In this document: piece after piece, positions 11,845 to 23,687 of the stretch
Layout: every line of letters starts with the position of its first letter
How positions within the stretch are numbered: position 1 is the stretch's first letter
Source of the DNA: Torpedo marmorata
Taxonomy: Eukaryota
NCBI GenBank assembly: GCA_977017645.1
Contig: OZ360241.1
Coordinates: forward strand, 59,024,001-59,088,000
Direction: 5' to 3'
Length of the DNA stretch: 64,000 nucleotides
Notes under the pieces: generated by a model
Databases searched by the model: none
The model's input: only the letters and a program-made list of their open reading frames with translations
Told to the model about the DNA's origin: nothing
Position numbers and translations under genes: made by a program

Positions 11845-13440
11845 GTGACAAAAACATAAATGTTGGAAGAACTCAGAAGAAGCAGCCTTTTTGAAAAGAG
11901 AAAATGGTTAACGTTGCGGGTCGGAGACCCCTTCCCCAGACTTGGGGGGAAAGAGGAGCGTTTAAAAGGAGATCTGGGGGAAGGAATGAGGTGTAAAACA
12001 AAAGCTTACGTGGACATAGGCGGACACATCGAGTGATGAGAAACGTTCGCAAGAAATGGGGTGAGAAAGGGTGATCAGCAGGATTATGGGAAACAATGAG
12101 AGACCAGTCTATCTCAAGTTTGAAAATTCAGAGTTTATTCCAGGTTGCAAATTGCCCAGATGGAAGGTAAGATGTTGTTCTTCAGTTGGAGTGGGATTGA
12201 GAATTAAAGTGGCACGCAACAGGAAGCTCAGAATCACCCCCTCTGGACTAGGCACAGGTCCTTCGCAAGGCGATCACCCAAATCTGCGTTTGGCTTGTCC
12301 AATGCGGAGGCCACATTGTGAAGACTGAATTCAATGTACATTATTGGACAAAGGACAAGTGAATACGTGCCTCAGTTGGAATGACGGTTTGGCATGATGT
12401 AATGTCTTGTTGTATCTAATTTTCTCTAGACTTAAACATTAAAGACAATAACTTTCAATTTGATAAGATCTGGGGCCCATTCATGGAATAATATCACGAT
12501 TGGAAGATTTAAGAGGTTTGGATGCTCCGAGGATTCTTTATCTGGTGTCTGGAGGTCGCTGTTTGATCCATATTTGTACCTTTTTTTTTCCTAAATGGCA
12601 ATCTTGATTAGAGGAAGGGGTTAGATTAGAATTAGGTTAGTTTTGGGTTTTTTTTTGAATTTTTTTCTCTTTTTCTTTTTACTTTTTTTTTCCTTTTTTT
12701 GAGTAATTGGGAAATGGGTTTGACTATGTCTATTACTGTTTATTTTTTTAAAATCAAATAGAATTTAACTTTGATCTATATGGAAAATAGTTCTATGTAG
12801 TTCCAATAAGTTATACTATATGTATACGAAAAGATTTATTATCTGTCTATTACGGATCATGTATATGTGATATATGTTAAACTCAATAAAAATATTTTAA
12901 AAAGAAAAGGAATGACGGTTTGGGGCCCTGGGTGGTGGGGAAGGAAGAGGTGAATGGACAGGAGTTGCATCTCCTCTTCTTAGGAAAGTGCCATGGGACG
13001 GGGAATGGTAGGTGGGGATGGAAGAGTCATAGAGTGGTCCCTGCAAAATGCAGAAAGGAAAGATGTGATGGGTGATGAGATCATTTTGGAGCTGGTGGAA
13101 ATCACAAAGTATTGAATAAAGGCTGGTGAGATGGATGGTGAGCACTCCTGTATCGTACTGTCCCAGCAGGGAGGGAGTCTGGTGAGAGGAGACATGCAGG
13201 GAATGGAGGAATCGCAGTTCTGAGCTCCATCCACTGTGGCAGAGGGGAAGCTACATTCCTCCTCCTTCCTTTGAGTGGAACCAGAGTGGACGGCCTTATC
13301 ATTGGAATAAATACCATGGGAACAAAGAAACTGGGAAAGGGAACTCTGTTCGTACAGGAGGCAGAGTGAGAGGATGTATAGTCAAAGTAGCTGTGAGAGT
13401 CTATGGGCTTGTAAAAGATGTTAGTGGCTAGAATTGGGAG
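11845..13440 (-). mobile_element. Old Penelope-like element split by an L1 insertion
   Basis: Degenerate GIY-YIG and RT-linker homology to 32550-33520. Confidence 0.7.
12393..12908 (+). mobile_element. L1/Tx1-clade LINE 3' end
   Basis: KIWGPF-stop, T-rich 3'UTR, aataaa plus A tail; 15-bp TSD ggaatgacggtttgg at 12378-12392 and 12909-12923. Confidence 0.85.
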
Positions 13441-13539
13441 AAATGTTCCACAGACTGGCCAGGTTCTTTCAGCATTTTTGTTTTTGTTTCAGATTCCACA
13501 TCTGCAGTTTTATTTGTTTTTCATTACTGCACGGCATGG

Positions 13540-13725
13540 ATAGCACATGTTAAATACAGGATAAAGCTCCCTCTTCACTGACCTGTCACGTGCACCCAGA
13601 GGAGGAACTCCATGTTTTAGATGCAAGTTGAAGGTCCCTTTGCACTGTCCCATCAAACACTCCCAGAGCAGACACAGGTTAGATGCAGAGTAAAGCTCCC
13701 TCTACACTGTTCCCTTCAAACAGTG
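13540..13725 (+). repeat. Degenerate ~65-bp tandem repeat (ggttagatacagagtaaagctccctctacactgtcccatcaaacactccc...)
   Basis: About 3 units; same family at 20600-20970. Confidence 0.75.
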
Positions 13726-14232
13726 ATGTCCTGAGGGTGAACGAGGTTAGCATCTTCTTGTGGATCTCAGCCATTCTGGGGGCTGTCAGTGGCTATTGAC
13801 TGAGACTCCGCAAATTTGCTCCCTATGGATTTAGCAGCTGGCAGAGTGTCCTCGTGGGCTGGTTTCAGGTTCTGTTGCCGAAGGTGATTGGTCAACACCT
13901 AACTGACTGCTTCACTCAACGATGGTGTCGGCAATTTTGAGAGTTTTCTGGTAGAGTAGATAAAGCAAAATATTTTCTACTGACAAGAGGTTGATCACAC
14001 AGACACAGTACAGAGACATAAAATAATTGGCAAAAGGTCACACAAGCTGAGGATAAATAAACTTTGCAGTCGGTTGTGATCTGAAATGCACTGTCTAAAA
14101 GAGCAGTGGGAACAGATTCAACAGGAACTTTCAACGGGGAATTGGATAAATAATTGAAGAGGAAATATCTGCAGAGTTTGTGAGGAAAGAGAAGAAGAGT
14201 GACAATGATTGGAGAATTCTTTCCAAGACCCT

Positions 14233-14480
14233 GCACGGTTAGCGTAGAGGTTAGCGCAACGCTGTTACAGCACCAGCGACCGGGGTTCGAATCCGGCGCT
14301 GTCTGTAAGGAGTTTGTACGTTCTCCCCGTGTCTGTGTGGATTTCCTCTGGGCGCTCTGGTTTCATCCCACCGTTCAAAAACATACTGGGGGTGTAGGTC
14401 AATTGGGTGTAATTGGGCGGCATGGGCTCGTAGGCTGAAAGGGCCTGTTACCATGCTATATGTGTGAATTTTTAAAAATG
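14233..14480 (+). mobile_element. V-SINE (HE1-like)
   Basis: Near-full copy, similar to 42508-42763. Confidence 0.88.
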
Positions 14481-14705
14481 TAAACTTAGAAAATTAAAGG
14501 GCCAAATAGCCTCGTTTGCTGACTTCCAGTGAATATTCCATTCCAGCTTTTAAATTTTAAAATTTTTTTACATTTTATTTTTTTGATTTTATTTACAGCA
14601 TGGTAGAAGCCGACTTCAGCCATTGGATAATAGTTATTAAATGGAGAGAGAACATTTATGTTTTAGCCATATAACTGTAATGACCATTTTTATTCTTGCA
14701 TGTAG

Positions 14706-14790
14706 TGTTACCAAAGTTTGAGCTCACTATCGATCCTCCGAAGTACATCCAGGACCTAAGCAAGTGTGAGGAAGGAACTGTCCACGCCAG
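14706..14790 (+). CDS. CPAMD8: CPAMD8 exon A6: (V)[27 protein letters not shown](R)
   Basis: tgtag|TG; GCCAG|gtaagc; 85 nt; VLPKFE motif. Confidence 0.95.
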
Positions 14791-15406
14791 GTAAGCAACC
14801 CTTCCTACTGAGAAATAGCTGTCTGACTGGAGCCTCTCAGTATGTAGTCGAAGATAAAGGGTCTCCAGGACCTTTGACCTTCACACTTCAAGGATATGTG
14901 TCTGCTCCTGAATAAACCTTACCTCCAATAGCTTTATGATCTCAGCCCCGTGTGAACGCCTTCCCCATTCAGAACCTGAACTTCACAGCACCATCAGCCG
15001 AGGACTGAAAAGTTACAGAACGCTAGCTCCTTTTTCTCAACTGGGAAGAGATTTCCAGTCTGATCTCCGTGGATGCCCTCTTGCTGCAGGTCACAGAGAC
15101 TGGACACATGGGACAGGGTGTGTTAAAAGGACAGCCTCCATCCCGACACCAAGCCACAAGTGGAAACCAAACTCTGACTGCAGGTGGATAGCATTCATCC
15201 TTAACTGTTCTGGGGAGCTCAAAGTCTGGATATTTTAGGGAGGCTTTAGATCTGCTCAAGTAACCAAGCTTTGGTGGTGGAAGGGAGAAGGGTTGGGGAA
15301 TGGATACTGTTCTTTTTTTTTAAAAAAAAAAACCTTACACAAAGTAGATGTTCTGCTGATATTTAGAAATCTATTTCTTTGACCCAGATTGTTTTCTAGA
15401 TGTATA

Positions 15407-15772
15407 CCATATATACTCGTGTAATAGTCGATCCTGTGTAATAGTCGACCCCCTCTTTTTTTGGCCCAAATATCACGTGTTTTCCATATGACCTGTGTAA
15501 AAGTCGACCCCCCTATTTTGACCCCGACCGGCTGCCCACTGGAGCTCCCGGCGCCTCGACCGCGAACCCTTGCCTTGGCTGCCCGCCCATACGAGCTCCC
15601 GACGCCCTGAATGCGGACTTACCACCCGGTCCTGGCCATCCGAGCTCCCGACGCTTTGAACGACGCAGGTACTTACCGCGGTCAAAAGTGTGACTCGTGT
15701 AAAAGTTGACCCCCCCCCCAAATTTGACCCAAAAAATTGGTCCAAAAAAAATTGACTATTACACAAGTATGG
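15407..15772. mobile_element. Non-autonomous Tc1/mariner (Tc2-like) element
   Basis: TA|ccatatatactcgtgtaatagtc ... gactattacacaagtatgg|TA termini; repeated gtaaaagtcgaccccc. Confidence 0.7.
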
Positions 15773-17662
15773 TACATTTATATATGGTACATTTTTCTTT
15801 ACTAATGAGTTGCTGTTTAACTAGTTGAGACAACAAGGATTCAATGAATTTCCCAGATAATGAAACCCATATATTAATGCCTACTCCAAGATGTGTGCAA
15901 TGGAGTCACTGTGGATTACCAGAGATTGGAACATCTATCACTAACTCCACATATATAGTGATGTTCCACATTCCATGGTTTTCCCCATCCAACAAAATAA
16001 CATCCACCATTGTCTTGAAATCTCCAATTGAGCTCGGCTTGTTGAGTCTTCTCAGTAGTGACTTCCACTGACACAGATTTCCACTGCCCTTCGAAGCAGT
16101 GCCCGCAGATATCCTATTGAATGGCCTGATTTCAACATCCTGCCTCCACATTCAGGACTCCCCCCACCATTAGAATGATGGCTGAGACAGTAACGTCCTT
16201 GAGCTATTGCATCAGAGGAAGTGTGGGTGCCTGTCTCAGAATCAGAATCAGAATTTATTGTCATGAACAAGTCATGAAATTCGGTGTTTTGCGGCAGAAT
16301 GAATTGGCAGAAATCAGGTGAATGCACCTTGTCTTTTCTCCAGAGTAGGGGAATCGAGAGCCAGCGGACATAGGTTTAAGGTGAGGGGGTGCAGGGGGGG
16401 AGATTTAACAAGAACCCGAGGGGAAACTTTTTTAACACAGAGGGTGGTGGGTGTATGGATCAAGCTGCAGGAGGTGGAAGTTGAAGCAGGTACTGTTGCC
16501 ACATTAAGAAACAATTGGATGGATACATGGATAGGATAGGTTGAGGAATATGGAAAGAAGCCAAATGCAGGCGGATGGGACGCGTGCAGGTGGGATATTT
16601 TGGTCGGCGTGGGCAAGCAATGGCGGATTAACCATTAGGCTGAGTAGGCTGAAGCCTAGGGGCCCAGAAGGTAAGGGGGCCCATCAAACAACAATAGAAA
16701 TAAGAGATACAACAATAGAAATGTTACTTTAACGATGCCAAAGGGAAGTAAGCCACAATATTAAAAGTATTTTAAAATTGCAACAACTTGTAGCTTTCAA
16801 CGCTCCTGTCGATTGGCTTTCACCTATTCACTGAAATCAAAAAACAACGGGCCCGCTCAGGGCAGCAGCGGCTCAATGCGGGATCAATGGCCGTCTTTGA
16901 TACCCATAATCCCCCACGCAGCTGGAACCGCTCTGCCTGTGCCAGCGCCTGGGAAACGCGCATGCCTGTGAAGAGTAATGCAGTTAAAGCACACACACGC
17001 ACATACAAATAAAACAACATTCGGCAATGCATCGCAAATAAATATAAACGCACACGTGGCTGGTTTAGCAAATAAACAACACAAACTTGTAAATGGGATA
17101 CAAGGTTTAAAATTCATCAGTCTGCCCCTGTCTGCTGGAGACGCCTGTCCCGCTCGGTTGGTTTTGACTCAGTCAGGAACCAACAGTGAAATCACATACA
17201 CAAAATCCAGCGCCACGAGTAATTAGATTGTTAAAACACTCCCGTTCATTTCTAAACGAGAGGGTAAGAGTTCTGTGTAAACAAGACGCATTATCAATCA
17301 TCCAAGCATTAAAAAACATGCTTATTTTGCCAAGTTGTATCATTTCCTTGCGTTGGCTACTTGCAATGAAATCGCCAGTGTACATCAATGACACAAAGCA
17401 AAGTTGGGATGACCTGTCACATCCCAGAAAGAGAGAAGAAAACAACATTTGAACCACCCCTCCCCAAATAAAGCTTTTCAGAATTAAATCCTTTCAAAGC
17501 ACCCCACCCCCAAAAATCAGTTGGAAGCAAATCTGTATTAAAATTTATATAGCATGCATTAAAAAAAATAAATCATGCTTTCAAAATTGCTAATCAAATA
17601 TTGAAGTTAAAATATAAATGCATCATTTCATGCTATAACGACGTTCAGTGACCGACGGTTCA

Positions 17663-18427
17663 TCTAATATATATTTGTGCATGTATGTCTGTTTGTCTGT
17701 TCTCCATGCAAATCAATATGGAGCACTCTAGAAATGTCCAAGGAGGTTCAGTAGGGGTTACATTTGATGCTGAATGTCATGACCACATTAAATTTAACCT
17801 TTAAGGTCATATGAAGTTCAAAAGTTCAAAAAAAAATTGCACTTGCACCAGGGACACCTCAATTAGTTACAGTGCTGTGCATCAATGTACATTCAGAATA
17901 AAAACAAGTGGCCAAACCCAGTTCAATATGGGCCCAAAAAAGCAAGCAACATTGGCAGAAGCTCTTCACAAGCCCGTAGAGTTAGACAAAGGAGAAAGCA
18001 AGAGACAGCAGAGGAACATCAGTCTCGCCTCAGTGTTGATGATTCCAGACATGCAAGGAGCAGGCAGCAGGAAACAGAACAGCAACACCAGGCCCGCCTC
18101 AGTGCTCAGGCCTCCAGACAAACAAGGAGCAGGCAGTAAGAAACTCAGGAACAACGCCAAGCCCGCCTCAGTGCTGATGCCGCCAGGCATTCCATGAGCA
18201 GACAACAAGAGTCTGCTGAGGAAGAACAAGCAAGACTCCAAGCAATGCGAACAAAAGCCACCAGCCGAAGGGCAGCACCATTTACTACAGCCAACCTGCT
18301 AAATGCTGCATTCAATTACTCAGTTGACATTGAGTATTCTTCCATTAATGCAGTTGTAATTGGTTCCATGTCCGAGGTATGCCAACATTGTGGAGCAAAG
18401 CCCGGGCAACGCCGGGTATCCTGCTAG
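17663..18427 (+). mobile_element. Non-autonomous Helitron with N-terminal RepHel remnant (STPR repeats plus start of Zn finger)
   Basis: A|TC 5' end; 3' hairpin cccgg-gcaacg-ccggg (18401-18416) then CTAG|T; no TSD; 23-aa repeats and AFNY...VIGSM..VCQHCGAK. Confidence 0.85.
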
Positions 18428-18697
18428 TTATATTAATTAAAACTGCTTTACCGAGATGTGATACATACAAACGAACAGGTAACACTGAACACAAAATTAA
18501 CAAATTAAAGTATTAATTTCTCATTCAGTTGAGCCTTGGAGCGATATGGATCAAGTGCAGGGAAATGGGATTAGCCCAGAAGACCATATTGCATTGACTA
18601 GTTGGGCTAAAGGGCCTGTACCACGCTGTTTGACTTTATTAGCATAAAATCCAATATGTCTTGTACCCAGTGGCACTATTCCCAAAGTTCACGACGT

Positions 18698-18805
18698 CCA
18701 ATGATCACTGCACCCAGTAGTGTACGGCACTTGGTGACACATCATTCGTTCCCAATGATCACTGCACCCAGTAGTGTACGGCACTTGGTGACACATCATT
18801 CGTTC
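18698..18805. repeat. 54-bp tandem duplication
   Basis: ccaatgatcactgcacccagtagtgtacggcacttggtgacacatcattcgttc x2. Confidence 0.95.
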
Positions 18806-18954
18806 CTAATGTGCACCATTAAATTTATTTTCCTGTGGTGGGTTGACAGTGTAAGCAGCGTGGATAAGAGGACTATGTTGGAAGGTGCTCCACTGTTGGC
18901 TTCTGGACGAGCTGGTGGAGGCAGGATCTTTCTCCGTGTCAGATGTATTTAGAT

Positions 18955-19107
18955 CAGTGGTTCTCAACCTTTATTTTTCCACTCATATACCACCTAAATA
19001 ATCCCTTACTAACCACAGAGCATCTATTCTATGGCATAGGATGTCACAGATGCTCTGTGGTTAGTAAGGGATTATTTAAGGTGGTATGTGAGTGGAAAAA
19101 TGTTGAG
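18955..19107. mobile_element. Palindromic hAT-Charlie-like MITE
   Basis: cagtggttctcaacc start; about 55-bp near-perfect arms; right TIR truncated. Confidence 0.8.
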
Positions 19108-20395
19108 TTAGATAAACTCTTGAAACGAGATGAGATGGAAGACCATACAGTGCAGAACGTGGTCTTCAGACAGCACAAATACGGCGGGCCAAAGGGTCTT
19201 CGCCGCGGTTTGCGTTGAGGATCCTCTGCGCTTCTACTGGCAGCTGGAGGGGGGCGTGCTGTCCAGGGTCAGAGGATCTCGGCTCATCATGGTGGATCCG
19301 AGCGGAGCAGCCGATGGGTGGGCAGGGAGGGGGAACACGGGCACTTCAGCTGCCTGGGAAAAGCTGGAGGGGCCTCGTGGCTCGGGCAGCGTCCACGGAG
19401 AACAATGGTGTCAACGAGAGAGTGAGGGTGAGGGGAGGAGAGCGGGGAGTGTGCATTTGGAATTAATTCACCTATTCTCTCCAAAATGAACAGCGAAATC
19501 GCAATATTAACCCAAAAGATTGGTGAAGCATAGAATAGCTTTAAAGATTGAAACTGACATGACTCAAATATGATATTGACCAAAATCCTCTTAATTGATT
19601 GGCTTATTCCACCAAATCTGATACACATCCACACAAAATTGTCTTATGATGAGAGCGGGTATAAGCTTTAACTTAAATAGCTGAATCTTCCATTTAAAAC
19701 ACACAAGCGTTGGAACTACAACTGATTAAAAGTCATTCCTCCCCCCCGCCCTCCCTATTTTCTTCCAAAATTAAATTTACCACCACAACGCACTGATTTA
19801 TCCTTAAGTTTACGGAATCTGGAAAAATTCCACTAAACCAGCCAATAAGCTGTGGCACGCGCAACTCCAAGTGAGTGTGAGAGAGAGCGAGAGAGAGAGT
19901 TGGAAGGAGGTGAGTTGGGGCATGGTCTGCGAATGCCCCCCCCATGATGCCGACCCTGAGGGGCCTTACTAAAACTCAGCCGAGGGGCCCGGATGGTAGT
20001 TAATCCGCCACTGTGGGCAAGTTAGACTGAAAGGCCTGTTTCCACGCCGAATGACTCTAAAACTTGTTCATGGACTCTGCACACTCTGTGCCCTATTAAA
20101 CAAGGGCATTGGGGGACAGGTTGGAGCAAGGATTTCAAAACTTTAACAGAGAGTAAACTGGGAATAAAATCATTAAGTGGGTAATGGTGCTTCTCTAAGA
20201 TGTTCGGTCAAGGCAGTGGGTTAATTCTTTATCAAAACCTTGCTGCCCACTCAAAAACTGCATTGGCTTGGAGATTTTCATTCCAGATGTTGGGTGGGGA
20301 GGTAGGTCAGTTGCAGGGGAAGCCGTTCCACTGTGTGTGGCTGCACCAAACCAAGTCTTCGGCCTTGTGCTCACTCTTTCTCTTGTTCTCTTTAG

Positions 20396-20504
20396 GTATA
20401 CGTTTGGTAAACCAGTATTGGGGAGGCTGACAGTGAACATGACGGTGAATGGAGTGGGTTACTATAGGCACGAACTGGGGCATCCTGTGGTGAAGATCAT
20501 GGAG
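20396..20504 (+). CDS. CPAMD8: CPAMD8 exon A7: [23 protein letters not shown]...KIME
   Basis: tttag|G; GAG|gtatgg; 109 nt; YTFGKPV motif. Confidence 0.95.
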
Positions 20505-20599
20505 GTATGGAATCTCTGCACACGGGGATCAAATTATTGACTTCGGAAACATTATAGACTGAATCACTTATCATTTCAGTATTCAGTGAACAATCCCAT

Positions 20600-20970
20600 A
20601 CATTGTTCCATCAAACTTTCCCAGGATTGGATCAGCATGGCTTAGGTACAAAACTCCCTTTGCACTGAGGCTGGAACAATATAGGTTGGATACAGACACC
20701 CCCATGAGATACTCCCAGGGCAGGGACAACATGGGCTAATATAGGGTAAAGCTCCCTCCACACTGTCCTATTACACACTCACAGGGAAGAGAGAGCGTAG
20801 GTTAGATATAGAGTGAAGCTCCCTTGCTCTGTCACTCAAGGCAGGCACATCGCAGGTTAAATAAATTGTAACTCTCCCTCTGCACTGTCCTGTCAAACAC
20901 TTCCAGGTTAGATAAGCACATTAGATACAGAATGAAGCTCCCTCTGCACTGTTCAGTCAAACAATTCCAA
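20600..20970 (+). repeat. Degenerate ~65-bp tandem repeat
   Basis: About 6 units of ttagatacagagt(g/a)aagctccctctgcactgtc. Confidence 0.75.
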
Positions 20971-21177
20971 GCTGATATCTATTTGGTGTTTCATAAAGAT
21001 TTAGCACAGCTTCCATGCACTTATTCTCCTCTCTAATGAAGCTCAATATGCTAAATGATGTGCCCTGCGACGTTCATGCATTTACTAACCACGCACCTCC
21101 TTTAGACTTGTAGCATTCTGTTTGGCATTGCTTCCATCATTCTTCCTCTGAAAATGAGCCTTTTCCAACCTCTACAG

Positions 21178-21405
21178 ATCGATGGCTCGGCCTCCTTCCC
21201 CATTTGCGTGAAGGAAATGATGCCTGTGGATGTTCCAGAACATTTCCGAGGCTCGCTCAACATCTGGGCCTCGGTGTCAAGTGGCGACGGTAGCACGCAG
21301 ATCACCTTCGACGATTCGACCCCGGTTCACAAGCAGCTCATCGACATCAAGTATTCCAAGGACACTCGCAAGCAGTTCAAACCAGGCCTTCCCTATAAAG
21401 GAAAG
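21178..21405 (+). CDS. CPAMD8: CPAMD8 exon A8: [11 protein letters not shown]...[10 protein letters not shown]
   Basis: tacag|ATC; AAG|gtaatt; 228 nt. Confidence 0.95.
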
Positions 21406-21723
21406 GTAATTCCTGGGCCATTAAGCTGCCAAGCCTCCTGGGCATGGAAAAGACTCGTAATCAAGCCTCTCAAATGCCAGAACAACACAATCTAACTCTA
21501 GACCATCACTACCTCAATTCCAGGAAGATTTCATAAAGCGACTCCCCCTCACGCTCTTGTCGACAAATTTGTTGAGAACCCCTCCTCTTTCCGGGGAACT
21601 AACTGTCCGCTGCCTTGTGAAGCATCTTGGACCTGGCACATCATCCTGGGGCCAGAACCTGGCCTGGCACGATATCTTGGGTCTGGCTATCCTGGGTCTG
21701 AGACACCATCCTGTCTTTCTTCT

Positions 21724-22521
21724 TTTTTTTTTTTTTAAAATATTTTATTTAAATTTTTAAATCACACATTACATAAAATAATTTTGCATATAATTCTTAA
21801 AAAATACATGTGATTACATTTTCTCCCCCCCCTTCCCACCCTCCCCTCCCTAGCCCCTATATCCCCCTATTCTAAATTTTAAAGTAAAATAATAAAAGAA
21901 AAAGAAAAGAAAAGATAGAAAAATAGAGTGAGGAGTCAATAAACTTAAAAACTAATTTACCTTACAGGTTATTTCGCCGGCGGATCTGGTATCCAGAGAA
22001 TTTACATTATTAAACCCATAATCCTCATATATGGGCCCCAAATTTTCAAAAAAGAATGATATTTATTTCGTAGATTATAAGTAATTTTTTCTAATGGTAT
22101 ACATGACCGTAACTCTGCATGCCATCGCTCTAGATTTAAATCAACATCCGATTTCCAAGTAATAGCTATACACTTTTTCGAAACTGCTAATACTATACGT
22201 AAAAATTCTACTTGATACATATTTAATCTATTTCTAATACTAAATTTTTTAATATCTCCAAATAAAAATAACATAGGATCCATTGTAACTTCAACATTCA
22301 AAATTCTTTCTAAAAAATTCTTAACTTTCAACCAAAAATCTTGAATTTTTGGACATGACCATGTACAGTGTACAAAAGATCCTATTTCAGTTTTACATCT
22401 AAAACACATATCTGATAACGCTGGATTGAATTTCTTCAATTTTTTAGGTGTCAAATATAATTGATGAAAAAAATTATATTGTACTAATCTGTATCTCACA
22501 TTAATAACTTTAGTCATACTA
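21724..22521 (-). mobile_element. 5'-truncated L1-clade LINE (ORF2 C-terminal CCHC zinc knuckle, 3'UTR, polyA)
   Basis: Open 171-aa frame CFRC...HCTWSC...LEKITY...KIWGP; 14-bp TSD cctgtctttcttct at 21710-21723 and 22522-22535. Confidence 0.9.
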
Positions 22522-22793
22522 CCTGTCTTTCTTCTCTCCTTTCAAACAAGCTCTCGCTCCTCTCTTCTGCTTAAAACAAGCCCCTTGACCATGCTTTTGA
22601 AAACTTGCTGTAATATTTCTTTCCAGGGCTGAGTGTCGAGCTTTATTTGAAGATCTCTTTGGTGAAGGGCCTCGGGATAGTTTATTTTGTAAAAGGTGCT
22701 GCAGAAATGAGAGCTGCACGTAAGGAATCTCTCCCTTGGCTCCTCCTAGAGTTGACTGAAATTCTGACGTTGCCCTTCTATGTGCTTCTTCAG

Positions 22794-22964
22794 GTAGAGG
22801 TGACATATCCTGATGGAAGTCCTGCAAATGGTATCACTGTGCGGATCAAAGCTGAGCTCACTCCGAAGGACAATGTCTACACAAGTGAGCTGGTGTCGGA
22901 GGACAGCAAGGTGGAGTTTGAAATTCCATCCATTCCCACTGCTGCCCAGTACGTCTGGCTAGAG
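22794..22964 (+). CDS. CPAMD8: CPAMD8 exon A9: [10 protein letters not shown]...AQYVWLE
   Basis: ttcag|GTA; GAG|gtgaga; 171 nt. Confidence 0.95.
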
Positions 22965-23133
22965 GTGAGAAGAGAGAGAGGCCTTGTGGTTTATAGACAG
23001 GAGAGAAGATTGAGAAATCGAATACACACATACACACACACACATATGTTCACGCACATGCATATTCATATTTCCTTGTGTTCTCATGCACGCATGTACA
23101 TACACAAATGTGTATACTTGTAAATAGGTGCAC

Positions 23134-23326
23134 AGTAAAATCTCTGTTATCCGGAATTCAAGCAACCGGCAACCTCAAGCAACCAGCAAAAAAAGTTCTG
23201 GAAAATAAATGGGTAAAAAATATGGAAGTTTAAATTGGCACGCCTCGCCATTAGTTCTCCATTCTCCAAAACTCGCTTATCCGGATCTACCAATCGCCGT
23301 GGGTGCCGGATACCAGGGGTTTTACT
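23134..23326. mobile_element. Tigger/pogo-like MITE (short form)
   Basis: cagtaaaatctctgttatccgg / ccggataccaggggttttact termini; family shared with 31144 and 60963. Confidence 0.75.
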
Positions 23327-23558
23327 ACCTAAACATACATGCTCGCACAAGCACATTGAAATTTGTGTGTAGACACGGACACGTTCATCATATCTATTGC
23401 CTCACACAGATTTGAGGCAATAGAGACATGAAAAGTAGGCAGCGATTGGAAATGTCTCTTGCCTTCTCTCATCCCTATCACCTGTTTTGTGGAAATAGCC
23501 TCTTAAGAGGTTATGAAGGGATCTTGGTATTAATAATGATATTCTTGCTCTATCTTAG

Positions 23559-23687
23559 ACTAAGGTGACAGCCATCAATGGGACTCCAGCTGGTGACCAG
23601 TATCTCCCGAGCTACCTGTCCATTAGCAGCTGGTATTCACCAAGCAAGTGCCACATTCAGCTGCAAGGTCCCGAGCGAGCGCTCCAG
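23559..23687 (+). CDS. CPAMD8: CPAMD8 exon A10: TKVTAING...SWYSPSKCHIQLQGPERALQ
   Basis: cttag|ACT; CAG|gtgaga; 129 nt. Confidence 0.94.

Larger units (their letters stand above)
16618..20013. mobile_element. 3.4-kb non-autonomous hAT-type DNA transposon with nested cargo
   Basis: TIRs caatggcggattaac / gttaatccgccactg; perfect 8-bp TSD tgggcaag at 16610-16617 and 20014-20021. Confidence 0.88.
16300..20060 (+). mobile_element. CR1 3' end split by the 16618-20013 hAT element
   Basis: RGHRFKVRG...FLTQRVVGVW peptide; 3'UTR resumes at 20022 (ttagactgaaaggcctgtttcc). Confidence 0.8.

Noticed and set aside
17811-18197. 128-aa ORF with ASVL..PD repeats as a novel gene
   Set aside because: Off-frame reading of the Helitron STPR repeats after the frameshift.
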